A stretch of 64,000 bases of DNA from an uncultured Myxococcales bacterium (GTDB lineage: Bacteria; Myxococcota_A; Bradymonadia; UBA4248). The notes under the pieces were generated by a model. That model was not told the origin of the DNA, did no database searches, and saw only the letters and a program-made list of their open reading frames with translations. Each line of letters starts with the position of its first letter. Position 1 is the first letter of the stretch. Shown one piece after another: positions 17,731-35,996 of the stretch. The DNA is taken from assembly GCA_964454015.1 (NCBI GenBank), contig CAYVQF010000021.1, positions 13,890 to 77,889 on the forward strand, written 5' to 3'. Made by a program: the position numbers and the translations under genes.

Positions 17731-18921
17731 ATGGCCAAGGAGAAGTTTGAACGAAAGAAGCCCCACGTCAACGTGGGGACCATCGGCCACGTCGACCATG
17801 GGAAGACGACGTTGACCGCAGCCATCACCATGTATCTTAACAAGAAGTACTCTGGCGTTAAGATCATGAAGTTCGACGAAATCGACAAGGCGCCGGAAGA
17901 GAAAGAGCGTGGTATCACCATCGCGACGGCCCACGTCGAGTACGAAACGGCCAACCGTCACTATGCCCACGTCGACTGCCCCGGACACGCTGACTACGTG
18001 AAGAACATGATCACGGGTGCGGCGCAGATGGACGGCGCGATCCTCGTGGTGAGCGCGGCTGACGGCCCCATGCCGCAGACCCGCGAGCACATCCTCTTGG
18101 CCCGTCAGGTCGGTGTGCCTTACATCGTGGTCTACCTGAACAAAGCCGACATGGTGGATGACTCCGAGCTCTTGGAGTTGGTCGAGTTGGAAGTGCGCGA
18201 GCTGCTCTCCAGCTACGAGTTCCCTGGCGACGACATCCCTATCATCACCGGCAGCGCCCTGCAGGCGATGGAAGAGATCGACTCGCACCTGGGTACCCAG
18301 AGCATCGATCGCTTGATGGATGCCGTGGACTCCTATATCCCCACGCCTGAGCGTCAGGTCGACAAGCCCTTCTTGATGCCCGTCGAAGACGTCTTCACCA
18401 TCTCTGGTCGCGGCACCGTGGCCACGGGTCGTATCGAACGCGGTATGATCAAGGTCGGCGAGCCCGTCGAGATCGTGGGTCTGAAAGAGGCGGTGGACAA
18501 GAGCGTCGTCACGGGCGTTGAGATGTTCCGCAAGCTCCTCGACTTCGGTCAGGCTGGCGACAACGTCGGCTGCCTGCTCCGTGGTGTCAAGAAGGAAGAC
18601 ATCGAGCGCGGTCAAGTCTTGGCGAAACCGGGCAGCATCGCCCCGCACAAGACCTTCACCGCCGAGATTTACGTCCTGTCCAAGGCCGAAGGTGGGCGGC
18701 ACACGCCGTTCTTCAATGGCTACCGTCCGCAGTTCTACTTCCGTACCACCGACGTGACCGGCGTGGTGACCCTCGACAACGTCGAGATGGTGATGCCTGG
18801 TGACAACGTCTCGGTTCGGGTCGAGCTCATCACGCCCATCGCGATGGAACAAGGCTTGCGCTTCGCTATCCGCGAAGGTGGCCGTACCGTAGGCGCTGGG
18901 GTCGTTGCTGCCATTATCTAG
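17731..18921 (+). CDS. tuf: Elongation factor Tu
   Basis: [36 protein letters not shown] and NKAD GTPase motifs. Canonical RBS GAAGGAGAAG. The longer ORF upstream of the ATG overlaps the tRNA. Confidence 0.97.
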   Translation: MAKEKFERKKPHVNVGTIGHVDHGKTTLTAAITMYLNKKYSGVKIMKFDEIDKAPEEKERGITIATAHVEYETANRHYAHVDCPGHADYVKNMITGAAQMDGAILVVSAADGPMPQTREHILLARQVGVPYIVVYLNKADMVDDSELLELVELEVRELLSSYEFPGDDIPIITGSALQAMEEIDSHLGTQSIDRLMDAVDSYIPTPERQVDKPFLMPVEDVFTISGRGTVATGRIERGMIKVGEPVEIVGLKEAVDKSVVTGVEMFRKLLDFGQAGDNVGCLLRGVKKEDIERGQVLAKPGSIAPHKTFTAEIYVLSKAEGGRHTPFFNGYRPQFYFRTTDVTGVVTLDNVEMVMPGDNVSVRVELITPIAMEQGLRFAIREGGRTVGAGVVAAII

Positions 18922-18965
18922 TTGTGTCTTGGGTCGTCGCGGCGTTCTGCGCCACGACGACCCCT

Positions 18966-19038
18966 AGGGGTGTAGCTCAGTTGGTAGAGCAACGGCCTCC
19001 AAAGCCGTGGGCCGGGGGTTCGAGTCCCTCCACCCCTG
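18966..19038 (+). tRNA. tRNA-Trp (anticodon CCA)
   Basis: Acceptor AGGGGTG/CACCCCT, anticodon loop CCTCCAAAG, T-loop GGTTCGAGTCC. Conserved position between tuf and secE. Confidence 0.8.
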
Positions 19039-19077
19039 TCTCGGCCATCTTTCTTGGCCGGAGATGAGGATTGCGCG

Positions 19078-19467
19078 ATGGATGACGTGGTTCGATGGGT
19101 CAATCTGTCGTTCGTGTTTGCTGGGATCATCTTGTGGTGGTTCTTTGCGCGCGTGAGCGAATCGGTGATGGCCTTGGTCAATGTGCCTGATAGCCAGGTT
19201 TTGGGAGAGCACCTGACGCAAGCCTCGCTCTTTGGCTTGGGTCTGGCCATTGTGGTCACCCTGGTCTTGTGGCGACACAAGCGTCTCTATGAAGGGGGGC
19301 TCAACGTCGCCCGCGAAGCCAAACGCGTCACTTGGCCCAACTACGCTGAGACGAAGTCTGCCACCAAGGTGGTGATCGTCACGACAGCGATCATCTCGCT
19401 GATTCTCTTTGCCTTCGACGCTGTTTTTCAACGTCTGACGGCCATGATTCTCGGCATCGACGGATAG
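19078..19467 (+). CDS. secE: Preprotein translocase subunit SecE (3-TM form)
   Basis: Three hydrophobic helices, with the conserved C-terminal SecE helix KVVIVTTAIISLILFAFD. Conserved position upstream of nusG. Start could instead be the TTG at 19054. Confidence 0.8.
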   Translation: MDDVVRWVNLSFVFAGIILWWFFARVSESVMALVNVPDSQVLGEHLTQASLFGLGLAIVVTLVLWRHKRLYEGGLNVAREAKRVTWPNYAETKSATKVVIVTTAIISLILFAFDAVFQRLTAMILGIDG

Positions 19468-19490
19468 CGACTGAGTGAAGGCGGCACCTC

Positions 19491-20021
19491 ATGAAGTGGT
19501 ACATCGTGAACGCCCACTCTGGGTTTGAGAACAAGGCCAAGATAGCCCTACAGGAGCGCATCGAGGCTTCCACTCTGAAGGATTTCTTCGGAGACATCCT
19601 CATCCCGGTCGAGACGGTGATCGAAAGCAAAAAAGGGGAGAAGCGCACCACGACGCGGAAGTTCTTCCCCGGTTACCTCCTCGTGCAGATGGAGCTCACC
19701 AACGAGACCTGGCACTTGGTGAAATCGACGCCGAAGATCACCGGCTTCGTTGGCGGCGGCACCACCCCACCGGCGATGCCCGATGCCGAAGTGCAGCGCA
19801 TCCTCGGCCAGATGAAGGAGTCCATCGACAAGCCGGATCTCCTGCAGAGCATCGAAGAGGGCGACAATGTCCGGGTGACGGACGGTCCCTTCTCGAACTT
19901 CACCGGCAGTATTGAACAAGTTGACCGCGACAAGGGGCGGGTTCGGGTTCTGGTCAGCATCTTCGGGCGAGTCGTGCCCGTGGAACTCGAGTTTGGCCAG
20001 GTAGAAAAAGTGAGCGCGTGA
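19491..20021 (+). CDS. nusG: Transcription termination/antitermination factor NusG
   Basis: MKWYIVNAHSGFENK (NGN domain) and a C-terminal KOW (GDNVRVTDGPFSNFTGSI). Confidence 0.95.
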   Translation: MKWYIVNAHSGFENKAKIALQERIEASTLKDFFGDILIPVETVIESKKGEKRTTTRKFFPGYLLVQMELTNETWHLVKSTPKITGFVGGGTTPPAMPDAEVQRILGQMKESIDKPDLLQSIEEGDNVRVTDGPFSNFTGSIEQVDRDKGRVRVLVSIFGRVVPVELEFGQVEKVSA

Positions 20022-20068
20022 TCGCGCTTGTGCGCACACCAGTGCCGAAACATTTGGATTGAAGTGTC

Positions 20069-20494
<426 letters not shown>

Positions 20495-20509
20495 CGGAGG
20501 GTCGGCGCG

Positions 20510-21208
20510 ATGCCATTCAGAGGAAAGAAATACAAGAACGTTTTCACAAAAGTCGATCGGCAGAAGCGTTACGACAGCGTCAGCGAAGCCATCAAACTGG
20601 TCAAAGCCACGAGCTATACCAAGTTTGACGGCTCCGTCGATGTGGCTGTGCGGCTCGGCGTTGATCCGCGGCATGCGGATCAAATGGTTCGTGGCGCGGT
20701 TGTACTGCCCAATGGTATTGGCAAGACCGTTCGCGTCATCGTTTTCGCCGCGGGCGAGAAAGAACGCGAGGCCCGCGAAGCTGGCGCTGATATCGTCGGC
20801 TCTGACGACCTCGTCGAAAAAATCCAAGGCGGCTGGCTCGACTTCGACAAAGCCATCGCCACCCCCGACATGATGGGGAAAGTGGGCAAGCTCGGCCGGG
20901 TCCTCGGTCCGCGTGGCTTGATGCCCAACCCCAAGGTCGGCACGGTGACCATGGATGTCACCAAGGCCGTTCGCGAGCTCAAGGCCGGTCGGGTCGAGTT
21001 CAAGGTCGATCGCGCTGGGATCATCCATGCCCCCATCGGCCGCGTCTCTTTTACGCCCGAGAGCCTCGAAGAGAACTACCAAGCCCTCATCGACATGTTG
21101 ATGCGACTCAAGCCGGCGGCCGCCAAAGGCCAATACGTCAGGTCCATCACCTTCAGCGCCACCATGGGTCCGGGCGTCAAGGTCGATCCGTCCGTAGCTG
21201 GCGTCTGA
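20510..21208 (+). CDS. rplA: 50S ribosomal protein L1
   Basis: L1 family sequence ([21 protein letters not shown]). Position follows rplK. Confidence 0.95.
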   Translation: MPFRGKKYKNVFTKVDRQKRYDSVSEAIKLVKATSYTKFDGSVDVAVRLGVDPRHADQMVRGAVVLPNGIGKTVRVIVFAAGEKEREAREAGADIVGSDDLVEKIQGGWLDFDKAIATPDMMGKVGKLGRVLGPRGLMPNPKVGTVTMDVTKAVRELKAGRVEFKVDRAGIIHAPIGRVSFTPESLEENYQALIDMLMRLKPAAAKGQYVRSITFSATMGPGVKVDPSVAGV

Positions 21209-21500
21209 TCCTGTCACTTTGTTCCTTTCTTGGTTGACAAAGGGCCCATGAACGCGTAAACACGCCGGGCCTTTTGTCGGCGGCCCCTGCACCGTCGGAG
21301 AAGTCGGTTCCTCAACGCGAGGATTAATGCCCAACGGGCGCCGGCCGAGCCGGAAGCATGGCTGACCCGAAATGTGACTTGCCTCTTAAAGGGCATCCTC
21401 TTCGGTACAACCATCGGTTCGGAACCCACCCCACCCGGGGTTGGCCTCTCCCGCGAGAACTCGGGCGCTCTTTACCCGTTATCCGCAACCGAGGCTTGTC
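21209..21500 (+). promoter_or_regulatory. rplJ 5' leader (L10(L12) autoregulatory leader region), with a weak internal promoter-like TTGACA
   Basis: A 290-nt untranslated gap between rplA and rplJ. In bacteria this gap carries the L10 leader. TTGACA at 21234 has a weak -10 (TAAACA). Confidence 0.4.
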
Positions 21501-22019
21501 ATGAACCGAGATCAGAAACGTGCCGCCATCGACGAGATGCGGACGCTCTTCAGCGATATGGACGCCATCGTCCTGGCTGATACTTCCGGCGTCGATGTCA
21601 ACACCATCAATAAAGTCCGCAGCATCTTCCGCGCTGAGGGTGTGCACTTCCGCGTCGTGAAGAACACCTTGGCCAAGCTCGCCCTCCAAGGCACCGAGCT
21701 CGAAGGCATCGCCAGCGCTTTCGTGGGCCCAACGGCTATCGCCCTCAAAGCAGGCGACCCCATCACGCCCGCCAAGATCGCCATCGAATTCGCCAAGGAT
21801 AACCCCAAATTCGAGGTCAAAGGCGGTTACCTGCCCGGCAAAGTCCTCGATGCCCAGGGCGTCGTCGCCTTGTCGAAGATGAAAGGCCGCCAAGAAATGC
21901 GTGCTGAGCTCCTCAGCATCTTCAAGGCGCCGCAGACCCAGTTCGTGGGTGTGATGAACACCATGGTTACCCAGTTCCTGGGCGTCCTCAACGCCCGCGC
22001 CGATAAACTTGAAGGCTGA
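21501..22019 (+). CDS. rplJ: 50S ribosomal protein L10
   Basis: [40 protein letters not shown]. The ATG at 21501 is preferred over the upstream extension. Confidence 0.9.
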   Translation: MNRDQKRAAIDEMRTLFSDMDAIVLADTSGVDVNTINKVRSIFRAEGVHFRVVKNTLAKLALQGTELEGIASAFVGPTAIALKAGDPITPAKIAIEFAKDNPKFEVKGGYLPGKVLDAQGVVALSKMKGRQEMRAELLSIFKAPQTQFVGVMNTMVTQFLGVLNARADKLEG

Positions 22020-22090
22020 GTTTCCCTTGGCATTTTTTCCTGTACCCTGTTGCATGGCCCGTCAATACGACGGCACACTTGGAGAGCCCC

Positions 22091-22474
22091 ATGTCCATTA
22101 GTGAAGAACAAGTCATTGAGTACCTCGAAAACCTCAACATCGTCCAGCTCAACAACCTGGTGAAGACCCTCGAGAGCAAGTGGGACGTCAAGGCCGCCTC
22201 TGGTGGTGCCGTGATGATGGCTGCTGCCGCGCCTGCCGCTGAAGCCGCCGCCGAACCCACCGAGTTCAAGGTGGTCTTGGCCGGTGTTGGCGACAAGAAA
22301 ATCCAGGTGATCAAAGAGATCCGCGCCATCACCGGTCTCGGCCTCAAAGAAGCCAAAGACCTGGTCGACGGCGCACCCGGCATCATCAAGGAAGGCGTGT
22401 CCAAGGAAGAAGCTGCCGACATGAAGTCCAAGATCGAAGCCTCTGGTGCCACCGTGGAAATCAAGCCCATGTAG
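22091..22474 (+). CDS. rplL: 50S ribosomal protein L7/L12
   Basis: [33 protein letters not shown], Ala-rich hinge, C-terminal [40 protein letters not shown]. Confidence 0.95.
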   Translation: MSISEEQVIEYLENLNIVQLNNLVKTLESKWDVKAASGGAVMMAAAAPAAEAAAEPTEFKVVLAGVGDKKIQVIKEIRAITGLGLKEAKDLVDGAPGIIKEGVSKEEAADMKSKIEASGATVEIKPM

Positions 22475-22507
22475 GCCACCTGTCCGCTTGGTGTCTCGAG
22501 AGCGTCC

Positions 22508-23068
22508 GTGGGTCACCCCGGGCGCTCTTCGTCGTTGAATGCCCACGTGGACCACTGCCCCTCGAGCATAGCTTTGAGCGAAAGTATCCCTGCGCAGCAA
22601 GTCCTTCTCCGGCCCCTGGCGATCCGCGATCTCTCTGGCGTACAGGATCTCTTCCTCGCGCTGACGGCTTGCCAGAACGATGCCTTCTCCGCCCTCCAAG
22701 AGAACCCCGTGCGCGTGTCCTACGAGATGCGCCGCCTCAGGCAGAACCTGCTCGCCGAGCAGCGTTATCTCTGCTTCGTGGCTGAGCATGAGGGGCGCTT
22801 GGCGGGCTACGCTGCGGGCGTCGTCGAGGTGCAGGCACCAATTTTCAAAGTCGACACCTATTGCTCCATCAATGAGGTCTTCGTGCAGGCCTCCTATCGG
22901 CGCCGGGGGCTGGGTCGCGCCCTGGTGACGGAGGTCCTCGCCGCGGCCCAGGCGATGGGGATTGGGTGGGCCAATGTGCACCTGGTGGGTGACGCCAGAG
23001 CAGCCGAGCCTTTCTTCGCCTCCCTGGGCTTTCACGTGGGTGCTTTGGAGCTGCGCAGCGCGTTGTGA
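22508..23068 (+). CDS. GNAT-family N-acetyltransferase, inserted between rplL and rpoB
   Basis: Acetyl-CoA binding motif RRRGLGRALV (Q/RxxGxG/A) inside a GNAT-type fold region. GTG start at 22508. An in-frame ATG lies further in. Confidence 0.6.
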   Translation: MGHPGRSSSLNAHVDHCPSSIALSESIPAQQVLLRPLAIRDLSGVQDLFLALTACQNDAFSALQENPVRVSYEMRRLRQNLLAEQRYLCFVAEHEGRLAGYAAGVVEVQAPIFKVDTYCSINEVFVQASYRRRGLGRALVTEVLAAAQAMGIGWANVHLVGDARAAEPFFASLGFHVGALELRSAL

Positions 23069-23108
23069 TCCGGCCTATGCATGAAACTGGCCAATTTCAG
23101 GAATAAGA

Positions 23109-23137
23109 GTTGACATCCTTGTCGCAAGCCAGTAGAT
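23109..23137 (+). promoter_or_regulatory. Sigma70-like promoter upstream of rpoB
   Basis: TTGACA (23109-23114), 17-nt spacer, TAGATT (23132-23137). Followed by a roughly 420-nt untranslated leader before the rpoB ATG at 23558. Confidence 0.5.
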
Positions 23138-23557
23138 TCCCGCCGCCCTGGTTTTGCGCGTGCCTGGCGCTGGCTCAGGGTGGCGTGCGCATCGACGACG
23201 GTGGATGCATCCCGAGGCCCGCGGGCCCCTGGGAGCGCTTTTGCAGTGGCACAACATGAGACCCGGCGTCAGACGCGGTGACGCTTTGGGAGGAGATGGA
23301 ATGGGATGGGAAGACTGCAAAAGGACGAGCTGGCCCGTGAGCGCTTGCGTTGTGCACGAACCTCGCTTTTTTGGCATTCTACCTTCGCGATCCCGAAAAA
23401 ATATTTGCCTTCGCTGCGGCGGAGGCCTGTGAATGATGAACAGCGCACCCCATCGTCCATAGCCGCCTGAGGACGCTCGGGCTGCAGCCATGGTCTTGCT
23501 GTCCATGGCTGCCGACGATGAAACGGTTGGGAACTGACGCGATACCGAGGAGAGCAG

Positions 23558-27676
<4,119 letters not shown>

Positions 27677-27795
27677 GCCAACGTGCCCGGTGCGCCCCCG
27701 AGGGGTGGCACCGGCGGCGCAACGGTCAAGAGAGCATCGAGCGTTAACCCATTGTGTAGATCATCGCCTGCGGGCGTTGGGTCGAGAGGTCGAAA

Positions 27796-31902
<4,107 letters not shown>

Positions 31903-31925
31903 GACTCCGCCCCCAAGCCACGCCG

Positions 31926-31954
31926 AGGCCGCCTCCATGCGGCCCTTTTTTTTT
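31926..31954 (+). terminator. Rho-independent terminator after rpoC
   Basis: Stem GGCCGC / GCGGCC with loop CTCCAT, followed by a T9 run. Confidence 0.7.
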
Positions 31955-32228
31955 GCTGCCACGTCCCTACAGGCGCACCCCTCCTCTCCGGCGCGCCCTT
32001 CAGCACCTGCCACGCCGGATTCCCCCCGGGCGCGACAGTCACCCCTCCCGCCAGAACCTTCTTCGCGGTGGCCGCAGCATGGCCGCCCCGCGACCACAAG
32101 GCGCCCCCCTGCACGGACGACACGCAGCGAGTGCCCGTTGACCCCAAAGCACAGAGGAGGCATAGTGCCGCCCCCGAGAGCCTAGCCCAGGTCAACGCCC
32201 CCTTAGGGAGTTCAAGCGGAGAGAAGCC

Positions 32229-32486
32229 ATGAAAGACCTCAAAGTACAGTTGGTGAACCAGGCGATGAAAATGCTCCAGACCGACACGGCCCAGAAGGTC
32301 ATGGCGAGCCCGAGCGTCCAGAACGCCATGTCCTTCGTGTTCCAGGCCTCCTTCAAGGTCAAGAACGAAGTCCAGAGCACCAAGAGGAAGCTCGCCTCGG
32401 CCCTAGATCTGGTCACCAAAGAAGAGCTGCGCGAGCTGCGGCGCAACGTCGAACGCCTCGAGCGGCGGGTCAAGAAGGAGAACTGA
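32229..32486 (+). CDS. Small coiled-coil protein, possibly UbiK/BMFP-like
   Basis: 85 aa. The C-terminal heptad-rich stretch LVTKEELRELRRNVERLERRVKKEN is typical of UbiK/YqiC-type accessory proteins. Assignment is tentative. Confidence 0.35.
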   Translation: MKDLKVQLVNQAMKMLQTDTAQKVMASPSVQNAMSFVFQASFKVKNEVQSTKRKLASALDLVTKEELRELRRNVERLERRVKKEN

Positions 32487-33206
32487 TCAAGACACCGGAC
32501 GTGGGCAGTGGTCATAGGGGTCGCCCTCGAAGCACCACCGCCCCCGCCGCTCAGGCCCAAGGCGAGCACGCCCCAAGCGCTCGAGAAAGACGGCCCGGGG
32601 CCAGTGGGTGGCGCCGAAGCGCGCCAGGTGCTCCGTGTAGACCTGGCAGTCGATGAAGTCCATCCCCCAGGCGCCCATTTCCCTGACGAAGAGGGCAAAG
32701 GCCACCTTCGAGGCGTCTGGGCGCAGGGCAAACATCGACTCGCCACAAAACGCATTCCCCACCCCGATGCCATAGAGGCCACCGACGAGGCGCTCCTCTT
32801 CCCAAGCCTCCACACTGTGGGCATAGCCCATCTCATGGAGCTCGATATAGGCCTGCACCATCTCGGGGAGAATCCACGTGCCCCCTTGCTCTGGCCGCGG
32901 CACCCGAGCGCAGGCCTCGATGACCCGCGCAAAGGCCGTATCCATGCTCAGCCTATAGGGACGCCGGTAGATGCGCTGCCGCAGGGAGCGGGGCACGGCC
33001 AGCACCGCAGGGCTGAGGACGAAGCGCGGATCGGGGCTGTGCCACATCAGGGGGTAGTCCTCGTGGGGCCAAGGAAAAATCCCATGCCTATAGGCCAAAA
33101 GGAGGCGCTCCGGGCGCAGGTCTCCCCCGATAGCCAACAAGCCCTGGGCGTCAGCCAAGTGGGGCTGGGGAAATCGAATCTCATGGTCGAGGAGAAATAC
33201 AGGCAT
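32487..33206 (-). CDS. aat: Leucyl/phenylalanyl-tRNA--protein transferase
   Basis: Motifs GIFPWP, MWHSPDPR, LHEMGYAHSVEAW and GESMFA match Aat. The 396-aa ORF is an N-terminal over-extension. ATG at 33206. Confidence 0.85.
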   Translation of the reverse strand: MPVFLLDHEIRFPQPHLADAQGLLAIGGDLRPERLLLAYRHGIFPWPHEDYPLMWHSPDPRFVLSPAVLAVPRSLRQRIYRRPYRLSMDTAFARVIEACARVPRPEQGGTWILPEMVQAYIELHEMGYAHSVEAWEEERLVGGLYGIGVGNAFCGESMFALRPDASKVAFALFVREMGAWGMDFIDCQVYTEHLARFGATHWPRAVFLERLGRARLGPERRGRWCFEGDPYDHCPRPVS

Positions 33207-33398
33207 GACCACCTCTGGCGCAGCCGCGGCTCCAGCCTCGCGCAACCAACGATCTGAATACGCAAGCGAACATTTTCTAACTGCAAAGAATGCGCACAGT
33301 CCATAAATTCCTGCTAAACTCATCGCCGTGTGTCTTGCAGCGACCCAGCAGGTCTGGTTAACGGGAACCCACTCTCTGGGTTTACTAGGAGTTGAACC

Positions 33399-35846
33399 AT
33401 GAAGCACTGGAATCAGCGTGGCCTGGCCTCGAGCCCTTGGCTCCTCTTCTCTCTCTTCGCTCTGGCATCCTTGAGCGCCGCCTGCGGTGCCGATCGCCAA
33501 GGCCCCAGTCCCAAGATCGAACGGGTCGAGCCCAACGTCATCCACACGGCCAACCAAGACGCCACGGTGACCCTCATCGGCACGGGCTTCTCCCCTGCCA
33601 TCGAAGGGGCCCTCGACGACCCCCGCGTGATGATGCCCAAGATCGAGCTCATCGGCCAAGACGGCACGGTCTACCACATCGATCAGGCCAACGTCTCCTT
33701 CCCCGCCGACGACATCTCAGGCACACGCCTCGTGGTCACCGTGCCGGCCCAGCTCGTCCCACCGCGCGCCCTGGGCGAACCCGACGCCATCTACGACCTC
33801 AAGGTGATCAACCCCGATGGCTCGAGCCACACCCTGACCGCTGCCATCACCGTACGCGCACCCTCGTTCTTCGCCATCACCTCCATCGACCCACCTTTCG
33901 CTTGCACCTGCGCCGATCAGCTCGTCACCATCGTCTCCGACGGTGCTTTCGTGTCCACCCCCGTCGTAGGCGTGCGCCCTGCCGACCAGAGCGATCTCAA
34001 CGATCTCTCCTTCCTGCAGCGCGTGGCCTTCGTCGACGCCAACACCCTCACGGCCGTCGTGCCGGCAGGGCTCCCGTTGGGCACCTACGATCTCGTGGTC
34101 ATCAATCCAGAGAGTGACGGCCGCATCGGCCTCCTCGAGGATTCCCTCCGCATCGTCCGCTTCCCCATCCCGCGCATCGTCCACATCCTCCCTGGGCGCG
34201 GCACCACCCAGGTCAACACCGGCTTGACCATCTTCGGGCGCGACTTCCGCGGCCCGGCGCGGGTCGAGCTCCTCAACCCATCCATGACGGTGGTCGAGTC
34301 CCTGACCCCGGCCCGGGTCACGGCGGAACAGATCGATGTCCAAGTCCCCACCACCCGCATGAGCGTCGGGCCCTACCTGGTGCGCGTCGTCAATGAAGAC
34401 GAAGAGACCTACTATTCTTACGCCAGCTTCCTCGTCACCAACCCGGCTGGCAACCTCAACACCTTCGAGCAAGACAGCCCCACGGTCATCGGGCGGCGCA
34501 TGGTCGCCGGCACCTCCGTCGCCGACGATCTGGGCAACCGCTATATCGTGGCCATCGGGGGCGACACGGGCCAGAACGGTGAGGTGCTCGACACCATCGA
34601 AAGGGCCCAACTCTCCAAGTTCGGCGCCCTGAGCGCCTGGCAAGTGCAGCGCAACACCCTCACGGTGCCGCGCCGCGGCGCATCGGCCGTGGCGCTGCCC
34701 CTCTTCAACCCTGCCTACTCCCCATATATCCCCGAAAAGACTTACGTCTATGTCGTCGGCGGTCGCGACGCCAGCGGCAACGTCCTGAACACGGTCGAAC
34801 GCGCCGTCGTGCTGAGCTCGACCGAAGCGCCAACCTTGCAAGCCGAACCCGCCGCGAGCGCGGGCAGCCTCGCTGCCGGCACCTGGTACTACAAAGTCTC
34901 GGCGGTCCTCGCCGCGGACGACGCCGATAACCCGGGCGGCGAGACCCTCCCCTCAGACGAGGCGATCATCCGCACCGGCGCGAACGGCGCCGTCACCTTG
35001 TCCTGGGCGCCCGTAACGGTGCGTGGAAGCGCCGCCGTGGCCTACCGGATTTACCGCAGCCCCGAAGTCGACGGTCGCTCCCAAGACGAACGCTTCCTCG
35101 CCGAGGTGACCACGACGTCCTACACCGACGACGGCTCACAGTCCACCACCGACGCGGCGCCGCACTTTCCCGGTGCCACTGGCGTCTTCCACGAGATCAA
35201 CCGCCGCATGACCATGCCGCGCTGGGGCCACCACGCGCTCCTCGTCCAAGGCGACGACGGCAACCGCCACTTGGCCGCCGTCGCCGGCAGCGCCGGCCAA
35301 GTGGTGCTCGACACCATCGAGTTCGCCGCTTTCGACGTCGACGGCAACCTGGGTGGCTTCAACCCATCGGCAGAAGTGTTGGCCGTCGGCCGGGTCTTTC
35401 CCGCGGCCGTGGTGCAGACCAAGGCCAACGTCGCCACTTACGACCAGAACGGCTCGCGCTTGTGGCTCGCCGGTGGCTACACCTCGACCGCCGCCACGGA
35501 CACCATCGAGTGGGCCGATTTCGGCACCAGCCTCGGTGCTTGGGAAACCCTCGGCAAGAAGGTGCTGGCCCGCGGCGGCTCCATGGCGGTCATCACCAAC
35601 CAGAAAGCCTTTTTCTTGGGCGGCGCCGGTGGCACCCCTGAGGCGCCGACGGCAGTGCGCACCGATGGGCGCGACTCCCAGTTCGACGGCGTAGGGATGC
35701 TCTCGGGCGCCGTCAACTCGACCGCCAGCTCTCTCCTCAGCCCGCGCGCCTTCGGGGTGGCCATCACGGGCGCCGGCTTCATCTACTTCGTCGGCGGCAC
35801 ATCCAACGGCGTCGACGCGGCCAACGCAGTGGAGCGCACCTTCTAG
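33399..35846 (+). CDS. Secreted lipoprotein with IPT/TIG-like and Kelch-type beta-propeller repeats
   Basis: Lipobox LSAAC. Repeated ...VVGG/AIGG... blades (YVYVVGGRDASGN, RYIVAIGGDTGQNG, FIYFVGGTSNG) typical of Kelch propellers. The N-terminal Ig-like segments are Thr/Val-rich. Confidence 0.5.
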   Translation: MKHWNQRGLASSPWLLFSLFALASLSAACGADRQGPSPKIERVEPNVIHTANQDATVTLIGTGFSPAIEGALDDPRVMMPKIELIGQDGTVYHIDQANVSFPADDISGTRLVVTVPAQLVPPRALGEPDAIYDLKVINPDGSSHTLTAAITVRAPSFFAITSIDPPFACTCADQLVTIVSDGAFVSTPVVGVRPADQSDLNDLSFLQRVAFVDANTLTAVVPAGLPLGTYDLVVINPESDGRIGLLEDSLRIVRFPIPRIVHILPGRGTTQVNTGLTIFGRDFRGPARVELLNPSMTVVESLTPARVTAEQIDVQVPTTRMSVGPYLVRVVNEDEETYYSYASFLVTNPAGNLNTFEQDSPTVIGRRMVAGTSVADDLGNRYIVAIGGDTGQNGEVLDTIERAQLSKFGALSAWQVQRNTLTVPRRGASAVALPLFNPAYSPYIPEKTYVYVVGGRDASGNVLNTVERAVVLSSTEAPTLQAEPAASAGSLAAGTWYYKVSAVLAADDADNPGGETLPSDEAIIRTGANGAVTLSWAPVTVRGSAAVAYRIYRSPEVDGRSQDERFLAEVTTTSYTDDGSQSTTDAAPHFPGATGVFHEINRRMTMPRWGHHALLVQGDDGNRHLAAVAGSAGQVVLDTIEFAAFDVDGNLGGFNPSAEVLAVGRVFPAAVVQTKANVATYDQNGSRLWLAGGYTSTAATDTIEWADFGTSLGAWETLGKKVLARGGSMAVITNQKAFFLGGAGGTPEAPTAVRTDGRDSQFDGVGMLSGAVNSTASSLLSPRAFGVAITGAGFIYFVGGTSNGVDAANAVERTF

Positions 35847-35996
35847 CTCGGTCGCTGCGCAGCCGAGTAGCCGCCTGGCCGCTGGGGCGCTCGCGCCATC
35901 GTCGTTGACAGCCAAGCTGGCATTGGGCATGGTCGCCCACAGCGATGCCAGCCGACTTCACACAGACGATCGGTTGAGAGAGGGTGGCGCAACAAC

